64,000 nucleotides of DNA from Alteromonadaceae bacterium M269 (GTDB taxonomy: Bacteria > Pseudomonadota > Gammaproteobacteria > Enterobacterales > Alteromonadaceae). The stretch covers positions 328,360 to 392,359 of the forward strand of contig SMNZ01000004.1 of NCBI GenBank assembly GCA_004353515.1, written 5' to 3'. The notes under the pieces are model-generated. The model made no database searches. It was not told where the DNA came from and saw only the letters and a program-made list of their open reading frames with translations. Below, piece after piece: positions 27,279 through 36,100 of the stretch. The position numbers and the translations under genes are program-made. Positions within the stretch are counted from its first letter, which is position 1. Each line of letters begins with the position of its first letter.

Positions 27279-27668
27279 TCAGTATGTTGTTACGTTAGTT
27301 GGAGTAAAAGAAAAAGCTTTATTCATAATCACCCATTCACCATGCCATTTCGTAAAGGTGAGAAAATCAAGATACTGCCTTTCCATCATCACCAGCGAAA
27401 GCTCTACAAAAGCCAATGTATTGCCACCTAAATGTAAAGATATAATCTTCTCACTAAGAGAGCTTTGCGTAGCTGAAGGTGGGTTACGATCTTTCAATAT
27501 GCCGATATAGTCTGATCGGGAATAATTCACATAACCGTCTTCATTGGTATTGATATATCTGGCCTCTGGATGAAACAGTGTTTCCATTGCAACGCTATCC
27601 GCATGATATAAAGCCTTAATGTACGCCTCCACACACACCATTATTTTAAACATTTCTGATTCATTCAT
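27279..27668 (-). CDS. NTF2-like/SnoaL-like small protein
   Basis: 129 aa, co-operonic with the GST (4-bp overlap). The family call is tentative. Confidence 0.45.
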   Translation of the reverse strand: MNESEMFKIMVCVEAYIKALYHADSVAMETLFHPEARYINTNEDGYVNYSRSDYIGILKDRNPPSATQSSLSEKIISLHLGGNTLAFVELSLVMMERQYLDFLTFTKWHGEWVIMNKAFSFTPTNVTTY

Positions 27669-28279
27669 GACTTTGATAAACCTTCTGAAGACATCGCTTT
27701 TTTAACGCTAGAGCGCTGACCAATCCGTTCAACATATGCCAAAACGTTATTCCAACGACTCAGGTCTATCCCAACAAAATGAGTCCAATTGCTGATGACA
27801 AATAAATAAGCATCTGCAATTGTAAACCCCCCGCCCATCACGAATTGCGTGCAACCTGCCAATAGCTGATCGAGATAATCCAATCGAGATTCTACGTTTC
27901 GGATGGCTGTTTGTTTTTCACTGACTGATGCGTGTTTGGAAAACAACGGACCAAAGGCTTTGTGATACTCGGAACTTGCAAAACTCAAGTACTCATCGAG
28001 TTTCGCTCTTCTCAACGTCCCAGGTGCAGGAGCCAAATCCAAATCTGAGTGACTGTCCGCAAGGTATTGTAAAATAGCAATATTTTCAGTAATGATTTCA
28101 GATGAATCTAGCTGTAACGCCGGAACTTTCTGCTTAGGATTAATAGTTGAGTAAGTTAGCCCCGATGCTGTTCGGTCATTCTCAATATCAACGGATTCAA
28201 TATTAAACTCAGCGTCGATTTCATTCAGAATGATGTGCGTTGCCAGTGAACAGGCACCTTGGATATAAAATAATCTCAT
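27665..28279 (-). CDS. Glutathione S-transferase
   Basis: N-terminal thioredoxin-like GST fold (MRLFYIQGACSLATHIILNE…KVPALQL…ENIAILQYLA). Confidence 0.8.
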   Translation of the reverse strand: MRLFYIQGACSLATHIILNEIDAEFNIESVDIENDRTASGLTYSTINPKQKVPALQLDSSEIITENIAILQYLADSHSDLDLAPAPGTLRRAKLDEYLSFASSEYHKAFGPLFSKHASVSEKQTAIRNVESRLDYLDQLLAGCTQFVMGGGFTIADAYLFVISNWTHFVGIDLSRWNNVLAYVERIGQRSSVKKAMSSEGLSKS

Positions 28280-28425
28280 ATAAATACTCCTCTAAAAGGT
28301 TCTATTTTCGTAATGTCGCCATTACCGCTTAAGTTAATTTAGAGGAGCAAACGATTGATTAATAATATTATGTTTTTATACTCTTGATATATAAAACAGA
28401 ACATCATGAGTTAAACCTTTAACCA

Positions 28426-29307
28426 ATGACTTACGAGCAATTAGTAGTTTTAGACGCGGTTGTTACGCAGGGAGGCTTCCGAAATGCTGCAGAACACTTA
28501 TACAAATCTCAATCGGCCATCAGCATTGCAATTAAAAAGCTTGAAGATGAATCAGGCATTCAACTATTCAATAGAGATAATTACCGACCGAACCTAACTC
28601 AAGACGGTGAAGTATTCTATCGACAAGCGCTGAAAGTTTTACGAGGCATGCAGCAACTTCAAGCCACAGCGCAACAATTAAAAGGTGAGCAAGAAGCCGA
28701 AGTCAGAATTTCCATTACAGCGACATGCCCAATTAAAAATGTATTAGAGGTCATCGGCGATACCAATCAGCAATACCCGGATACCAAGATAAAACTCAAA
28801 ACCGAGATGATGGGCGGTGCGGTAGAACGATTACTTGATGGACAAGCCGATATAATCATTGCATCGAATGACGGTGTTCCTTTCGAACAGGTTGATTCGT
28901 TCCCATTTACTACAACCGTTATTACCCCAGTTGCACATCGCGAATATGAACTGGCAAGTATGGGTTCTAATGTGTCTTCTGAGCAAATGGAAAACTTTGT
29001 CCAAGTTGTCGTTACTGGAACAAGTAGCGAAAAATACGAGCAAAGCAGGGATATTATTCAGGCAAGCCAACAGTGGACGGTTTCTGACTTCGCAACCAAA
29101 CGAGAAATCATCCTCGCCCAAATGGGATGGGGCGGATTGCCTAAGCACCTTGTTCAAGAAGACCTAGACAGAGGTGATTTGGTTGAGCTGAATCTCATCA
29201 ATTACCCTCCTCGAAAAACACAGCTTTACGTCATACGTAAGAAAGATGCGGGACTTGGTATTGTTTCTCAAGACATATTCGAAAAGCTTAAATTAATGAC
29301 GGCGTGA
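28426..29307 (+). CDS. LysR-family transcriptional regulator (divergent from the GST/tautomerase operon)
   Basis: N-terminal LysR HTH (LVVLDAVVTQGGFRNAAEHLYKSQSAISIAIKKLE) plus substrate-binding domain. Confidence 0.85.
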   Translation: MTYEQLVVLDAVVTQGGFRNAAEHLYKSQSAISIAIKKLEDESGIQLFNRDNYRPNLTQDGEVFYRQALKVLRGMQQLQATAQQLKGEQEAEVRISITATCPIKNVLEVIGDTNQQYPDTKIKLKTEMMGGAVERLLDGQADIIIASNDGVPFEQVDSFPFTTTVITPVAHREYELASMGSNVSSEQMENFVQVVVTGTSSEKYEQSRDIIQASQQWTVSDFATKREIILAQMGWGGLPKHLVQEDLDRGDLVELNLINYPPRKTQLYVIRKKDAGLGIVSQDIFEKLKLMTA

Positions 29308-29403
29308 TATCCCCACTATATTTTCTTTGGTAGCCTCGTTAGAATAACGCGCTAAGCCATCAAATAGCGTCTCAAAATAACAACTATGAAATAGGGATAT
29401 ATC

Positions 29404-30186
29404 ATGTCTACTCCATACCAAGCCCCCGAATCTGTATTACAAGAACATGGGATGACACAATGCAGTGCTTGTCATCAAGATGTACATGTTACAGCATCGA
29501 TGTGTCCTCATTGCGGAGTTTCCCGCAGAAGTTCACGTTATAAAAATAAAACGATTGCAGCCCTCTTCGCGTTTTTTCTAGGAGGTTTCGGCGCACATCG
29601 ATTTTACTTGGGGCAATGGTGGGGAATATTCTATCTCCTGCTGTTTTGGACAAGTATCCCTGCAATTATTGCACTCGTAGAGTTTATTTATTTCTTGGTT
29701 AAGGATCAGTATAAGTGGGATGCTCATTACAACGAGAGCATGCCTGCAGGCCCTGGCGATAAAAGCGGCGGTGCGTTAACTGTCATACTCGCTATTGTTG
29801 GTGTTATTGTATTCGTTGCTTTCATCGGAATTTTAGCAGCAATCGCACTACCTGCTTATCAACAATACACCCTAAAAGCACGAGTCGCAGGCGCTTACAA
29901 TGAAACAGTTGTTTTGCAAACAGAGATGGAAAACTACTTCCAACAAAACGGTATTTTTCCGCAATCTAATGCAGACTTACGCCAAAAATCACCGCTGTTC
30001 TTAAGTGACACCCATACCGCAAAGGTCGTTCCAGGTGGAATAGAAATCGACTTTGGACCAAGCGTTCAACAACTATCCTCCAAAACGCTAGTTATTTCCC
30101 CTCTTGTAGTCGGGGAAAACATTATTTGGAAGTGCACAGATGGGACATTGGAGAAAACACTCTACCCACCAGCTTGTTCGGACTAA
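29404..30186 (+). CDS. Membrane protein: N-terminal zinc ribbon + TM2 domain + third TM that continues as a type IV pilin-like domain with C-terminal disulfide loop
   Basis: CSACHQ…CPHCG; the TM2 signature FFLGGFGAHRFYLGQWWGIFYLL; then IGILAAIALPAYQQYTLKARV, identical in 9 consecutive residues to pilin alpha1 (IGILAAIALP); C-terminal C…C (WKCTDG…PPACSD). No G-1/E5 prepilin processing site. Confidence 0.6.
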   Translation: MSTPYQAPESVLQEHGMTQCSACHQDVHVTASMCPHCGVSRRSSRYKNKTIAALFAFFLGGFGAHRFYLGQWWGIFYLLLFWTSIPAIIALVEFIYFLVKDQYKWDAHYNESMPAGPGDKSGGALTVILAIVGVIVFVAFIGILAAIALPAYQQYTLKARVAGAYNETVVLQTEMENYFQQNGIFPQSNADLRQKSPLFLSDTHTAKVVPGGIEIDFGPSVQQLSSKTLVISPLVVGENIIWKCTDGTLEKTLYPPACSD

Positions 30187-30290
30187 AGCTTCAAAGAGTT
30201 GGTAGCTTGAATAAGTGGGTAATATTTTATCGTATTGAATTTATTCAAGACTACCGCTAATATCTTTCGCTCATAATCGTAGTACTAGGA

Positions 30291-30950
30291 ATGGCAAAAA
30301 TGGAAATTTTTCTTAATGAAATATACAGCTTCCCCACGGTTATCTATGCATTTCCCCTTCTCATTCTTCTTTTGTTTTGGCTAACATCCTTTGCTGGATT
30401 AGTTGATATTGAGATACTGGATTTCGACTCAGACGTCGATGCCGACGCAGATTCTGATTCAGATACTGCAAGTTCTTCTTGGCTACAAAAGCTCGGTTTA
30501 GATGGTGTGCCGTTAACGGTCGCACTCACTTTTGTCGACCTCTATGCTTTTATTCTCACCTACTTAGCCAAAAAGCATTTGTTACCGCTGCTTGATGGCA
30601 TTATCACGGGTGCTGCACTCGGTGGATTAATCGCTTTAGCTGCGTTAATTATTGCTATTCCATTAGCTGCACTTTGCATTAAGCCACTTAGGCCTGTTTT
30701 CCATACTCATGAAGCGATTAGTAAAAATGAGCTAATTGGAACACTGTGTACAGTGACCACTCAATCCGTTTCCGAAACCTTTGGTCAGGCTGAAACAGAT
30801 GACGGCATGATACTCAGTGTCAGAGCCCCCCAACCCAACGATATTCAAAAAGGCAGTCGCATTGCGCTGATTCAATTCGATAGTGACCAAGATACCTATC
30901 TTGTTGTCACCGAAACTGAACTCATGGGCCAAGCGACACCTATCAATTAA
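30291..30950 (+). CDS. yqiJ: YqiJ-like inner-membrane protein with NfeD/OB-fold C-terminal domain (flotillin partner)
   Basis: 219 aa, TM helices, acidic DxD repeats, C-terminal NfeD-like beta domain. Immediately upstream of a flotillin gene, as for E. coli yqiJK. Confidence 0.6.
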   Translation: MAKMEIFLNEIYSFPTVIYAFPLLILLLFWLTSFAGLVDIEILDFDSDVDADADSDSDTASSSWLQKLGLDGVPLTVALTFVDLYAFILTYLAKKHLLPLLDGIITGAALGGLIALAALIIAIPLAALCIKPLRPVFHTHEAISKNELIGTLCTVTTQSVSETFGQAETDDGMILSVRAPQPNDIQKGSRIALIQFDSDQDTYLVVTETELMGQATPIN

Positions 30951-30995
30951 CTTAGAAAAGCATACACATTTAGGAATTCTTAAAGGAGTAAACCA

Positions 30996-33005
30996 ATGGA
31001 CTCAAGCCTCTTAATCTTTGTTGCTGTCGTGGCATTTGCTGCCATTTTCGGCGTTATTATTATGTTTGCCAGCCTCTACAAAAAAGTAGAGCAAGGTAAA
31101 GCCATGATAGTGAATACTATGCGCGACGAACCCAAAGTCACTTTCACTGGCTCAGTGGTTATGCCAGTTTTCCACAAAATGGAAATTATGGACATCTCAC
31201 TTAAAACCATTGAAGTGGATAGAAGCGGCACTGACGGATTGATCTGTAAAGACAACATACGCGCAGATATCAAAGTTGGTTTCTTCGTTAAGGTGAATAA
31301 AAACCGTGATGATGTGCTTAAAGTTGCTCAGGCCATTGGTTGTGAAAGGGCTTCGAATATAGATACGCTAGAAGACCTATTTAGTGCCAAGTTCTCTGAA
31401 GCTTTGAAAACCGTTGGTAAATCGCTCGACTTTGAAGATCTTTACGCTAAACGCGACAACTTTCGTGACCTTATCATCGATAATATCGGGACAGACCTAA
31501 ACGGCTATGTACTGGAAGACGTAGCTATTGATTACCTAGAACAAACGCCTATTGAGAAACTCGACCCTAACAATATCCTCGACTCTCAAGGTATTCGTAA
31601 AATCACTGAATTAACGGCTGAACAACACATCCAAACCAACATCTTTGAGCGCGAAGAAGAAATGAAAATTAAGCGTAAAGATGTTGAAACTCGCGAGGCT
31701 ATTCTTGAGTTAGAGCGCCAACAAGCCGACGCGGAAGCTAAACAGAGACGTGAAGTAGAAACTGTTGTCGCGCGTGAAGAAGCCGAGACATCAAGAGTCC
31801 AACACGAAGAAAAACTTAAAGCAGAACAAGCTCGTGTTCAGGCAGAGCAAGAAATCGAAGTTCAAGAACAAAACAAACAGCGTGAAGTGGAAGTGGCAGA
31901 AAACAATCGCTTACGTGCTGTTGCTATTGAAGAAGAGCGAGTCACCCGTGCTCGTGAGCTTGAGCAAATCGATCGAGAGAAAGAAGCTTCGCTACAGAAA
32001 ATCGCTAACGAAAAGCTTATCGAGCACGAAAAACGCGAGATTGCAGAAGTCATTCGCAGCCGTGTCGAAGTTGATAAAACCGTCGCACAGCGCGAAGAAG
32101 AAATTAACGAGCTACGTGTTGTCTCTGAAGCAGATCGTAAGAAGAAAGCACAAGTCATTGCTGCGGAAGCAGAAGCAGAAGAAGCCTTGGTTAAAGACAT
32201 CAAAGCTGCTGAAGCGGCTGAGAAATCTGCGGATTTCATAGCGAAAGAAAAAGCCATTATTGCTCAAGCTGATTTAGAAGTCGCTGAGAAGAAGGCGCAG
32301 GCACAACGCAAAGAAGCTGAAGGCATGGAAGCGTTAGAAGCTGCTAATGGTCTTGCAGAAGCTAAGGTGATGGAAGCTCAAGCTGCCGCTAAAGAGCAAG
32401 AAGGCATGGCTGAAGTCCGTGTTCAAGAAGCTAAAGCCGAAGCTATTGAGAAAACAGGTTCTGCTGAAGCTGAAGTTGCAGCCAAAATGGCTGAAGCAGA
32501 AGCCGAGGGCATGACTAAGAAGTTCGAGGCCATGGCAACCATGTCTGATCAACAACGTTCACACGAAGAGTTCAGAATGCGCTTAGACAAGCAGCATGAA
32601 CAGTCGATGGAATCTATCCGTACCAATGTTGACATCGCACAGCAACAAGCACTGGTTATGTCAGAAGCACTGAAAGAAGCCAACATTGATATTGTAGGCG
32701 GAGATACAGCATACCTAGATAGCTTTATCAAATCACTTTCTGTCGGTAAATCAATAGATGGTGCTATCGGTAAGAGCGAAACGCTCTCAACAGCCTTCAA
32801 AGATCACTTTAACGGGGATGCTAGCTTCGTTGAAGATGCTAAAGAGTTAGTCGCTGGCTTTGGTGCTGCAAGTGGTAACGCTAAAGACACAGCAATGACA
32901 GCACTTATCACCAAATTCTTACAAGAAGGTGGCAATAACCCGCAGCTCTTGGATTTACTGAGCAGCGCAGTTTCTAAAAACAATAACGACTCAAGTTCAA
33001 AGTAG
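30996..33005 (+). CDS. yqiK: Flotillin-family SPFH/band-7 protein (YqiK-like) with long Glu/Ala/Lys coiled-coil tail
   Basis: N-terminal TM + SPFH domain; then extensive EA-rich coiled coil (AEAEAEEALVKDIKAAEAAEKSA…), the flotillin hallmark. Confidence 0.85.
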   Translation: MDSSLLIFVAVVAFAAIFGVIIMFASLYKKVEQGKAMIVNTMRDEPKVTFTGSVVMPVFHKMEIMDISLKTIEVDRSGTDGLICKDNIRADIKVGFFVKVNKNRDDVLKVAQAIGCERASNIDTLEDLFSAKFSEALKTVGKSLDFEDLYAKRDNFRDLIIDNIGTDLNGYVLEDVAIDYLEQTPIEKLDPNNILDSQGIRKITELTAEQHIQTNIFEREEEMKIKRKDVETREAILELERQQADAEAKQRREVETVVAREEAETSRVQHEEKLKAEQARVQAEQEIEVQEQNKQREVEVAENNRLRAVAIEEERVTRARELEQIDREKEASLQKIANEKLIEHEKREIAEVIRSRVEVDKTVAQREEEINELRVVSEADRKKKAQVIAAEAEAEEALVKDIKAAEAAEKSADFIAKEKAIIAQADLEVAEKKAQAQRKEAEGMEALEAANGLAEAKVMEAQAAAKEQEGMAEVRVQEAKAEAIEKTGSAEAEVAAKMAEAEAEGMTKKFEAMATMSDQQRSHEEFRMRLDKQHEQSMESIRTNVDIAQQQALVMSEALKEANIDIVGGDTAYLDSFIKSLSVGKSIDGAIGKSETLSTAFKDHFNGDASFVEDAKELVAGFGAASGNAKDTAMTALITKFLQEGGNNPQLLDLLSSAVSKNNNDSSSK

Positions 33006-33162
33006 AAGGATCTTAGATACTCAATAGATTTCAAGATGCACGTAGGCGGCAATCGAGAGAACCCCCATGAGCATAGAGATACTATGTGATTGGGGTGAAC
33101 GAGTGAAGCTAACACCCGTGCAGTTTGAAAGATGAAGAGTATATTCGGAAAGCTAGGAGAAC

Positions 33163-36100
33163 ATGATGTCTACAGATCAAGAACAGGTTGATCAGGCGGT
33201 CACTGAAGGTGGTGCGTATGAGGTCATTCGTGCGCGTCTGGAAGAACAAGCCTCTCAACTAAAAGCAAAAGTCGATAGCATCAATACAGCACGTATTGAA
33301 GAGTTTGGACAAGCCAAGCTAGAAGTTATCGGCCGTGTGCGTGTGCGCACCGAAAATAACTGCATTGCACGCGATATAGTTCCCGTAGGCGATGCTATCC
33401 TTTTTGGATACAACGTCTTTATAGGCTTGAAGAAAGAAACGCAAATTAGCGACGTTTTCAGCCTTTATGCACTCACTCAAAAAGAATCAGGGTACGAACT
33501 CACACCTAAAGATTTAGCAGGAACTTTCCTCGATCAGCCTGAATTCAAAAAAGAATTCCATGAGCTATACGTTTACTACAAAGAAGCACGATTAATCCAA
33601 TTAAAAGTGCAGGGGCAGCTCCTCTTTGCCGTGTTCCAAATAGGCCGTAAGCTGGAAGATACCCGTGTATTTCAGTGGCAACTAAGTAAAGATGGCACGG
33701 CCAAATACATCGACAACCGAGGCGAACGTGCAATCAAGTCAGCACCTTCGCACGACTTTGAATGGCAATCGGTAGGTCGCGAACAGCATGTTTCGGGCAG
33801 CCATCCACATATCAACATCCTGGATGAAGTCTTTGTCGAAACTATTGGTGGCGACCTCACCATTAAGGTTGAGAACAACACCGAAGACGGTTTGGGCATC
33901 TACAACGAACCTGTTGAAGATAAGACTCAGAGTTTAGCTGATGCTGATATTCGATATGCCAAAGTTGGCACCCTAATTCTGCTGAAAATTCAGCCTTATC
34001 GCGAAAAAGACTATCGATTTTTAGTCTTCAACACGCGTACACAGCAAGTCGATAGAATTGATGCGATTGGTTTAGCCTGCGTAACACTACCTGAAGACCA
34101 TGGCATTATTTTCCCTGGCGGTTACTATTTACAAAATGGTGAGACCAAGTCTTTCCCAGACCAAATAGAAGGGTTGAAGTTTAAACGCAGTATTCGCTCC
34201 CCTAATGGTGAAGACGTTCTCTACATATTCTATGAACCTGAATCTGGTTTAAGTGGATTGTTCTCCTACAACCTTATTCGTAAAGAGCTACAAAACCCGA
34301 TTTATGCACACGGTTACAGTGTGTTTGAAGATGGCACAACCGTTGTTTTCAATGCAGAAGATGAAGCGACACGTGTGCATCCGATGCAAGTTTGGGAAAC
34401 GCCTTATTTCAGTACAGAGCATGCCGCTAAACAACCGACTAGTGACAGTTTTTACAGCCGTATCGGCAACAAAGAGTTAGTCCGTGGTATATCCGATTTA
34501 ACAGCCATTAATCGTGCTGTCCGCAACCCAAATCCAAGCCGAGTGCTTTACGAAGATTTAATCCAAACCTGTCGAAGTATGTTTGACAGATACCACTGGA
34601 TTGACGAACCTGAAGTTGATGGACTCGGTGAAGTGGTTAAACAAATCACAGCAACATCTGAGTTGGTTATCGACGAATTCGAGAAAGTTGAACAAATCAG
34701 GCAACAAGCTGACAAAGCACTTGCGGGAGCAGAAGAGAAACAACAAGAAGCGATTTCGTCCATACGTATCAGCGACTGGCAGTCTCCTGAGCAATATGTT
34801 GATTGCCTAACAAGGTTACGTCAGCAGCGCGGCCACTTAATTACACTAAAAGATCAACGTTACATCAATCGTGAGCGCATTGCTGAGCTTGATGAAGAGG
34901 TTACTCAGCGCTTTGATGAAGTCAGTTCAGCAACAGTTTCTTTCCTATCTAGTGACAAATCACTACAGCCCTACACAGACAAGATTACCACGTTAGAGAA
35001 TGCCATAGCGCAAGTCGAACTCGTGGTTGATATCAATCCAATAAATGAAGAACTCGAAACCTTATCAGTCGGTTTGGATTTATTGACTGAAATACTCAAT
35101 GGCTTGAAGGTAGAAGACGCCACAGTAAGAACAAAAATACTGGACGATATTTCTGAGATCTACGCCAAACTCAATCAGGTCAAAGCGCAAGGCAGACAGC
35201 GCAAGAAACAACTCGGCTCGGGCGAAGCCAATGCAGAATTTGCGGCACAATTCAGACTCTTCTCACAGAGCATCAATAGCGCATTGGCAATGGCTGACAC
35301 ACCAGATAAAGCTGATGAGCAATTATCGCGTTTAACCATTCAATTGGAAGAACTCGAGTCTAAATTTAGCGAGTATGATCAGTTTCTTAGCGACATTATG
35401 GATAAACGCGAAGAACTGCATAATGCTTTTGAAAGTCGCAAACAAAGCTTGTTAGAAGAGCAACAAAGACGCGCACAAAATATGTTTAGTGCTGCCGAAC
35501 GCATCATTAAAGGCATCACTCGTCGCGCTGCGACATTTAGCGATACTGACGAGCTCAATACCTACTTTGCCTCTGACCCAATGGTACTCAAAGTCTCTGA
35601 TCTCGTAGAGCAGTTGAGGGGCATTAACGACCAGATACGTGCTGACGACCTAGAAAGCCAGCTTAAAGCCGCCAAAGAGCAAGGCATCCGTAGCTTAAGA
35701 GATAAACAAGATATCTTCGAAGATGGCGGAAACGTTATCAAACTGGGTAAGCACAAATTCAGCGTTAACCAGCAGGCTCTTGATTTAACTCTATTACCCC
35801 GTGACGACGGCCTTTATCGCCATCTCGTAGGTACAGACTACTTTGAACGCATTGAAGATAATGAACTAAACGAGCTTAAGCCCTACTGGCAGCAAAATCT
35901 GATTTCTGAAAATGATGATGTTTGCCGGGCGGAATACCTCACATCTGTCATCATTAGAGATGCTGAACAGCAGCAAAATAACCTCTCGATAAGCAAACTT
36001 GCTGAGCTCCTGGACAACGAAACTGAGCTTAGTAAGTTGGTCAGGAAAACCATGTCTGACCGCTATCAGGAAGGTTACGAAAAAGGCATTCACGATGCCG

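Noticed and set aside
31765-32800. Lys-rich (31765..32241 +) and Ser/Ala-rich (31862..32257 -, 32334..32800 -) ORFs
   Set aside because: They are alternative-frame or antisense translations of the GAA/GCT-rich flotillin coiled-coil region, so they are low-complexity artefacts.
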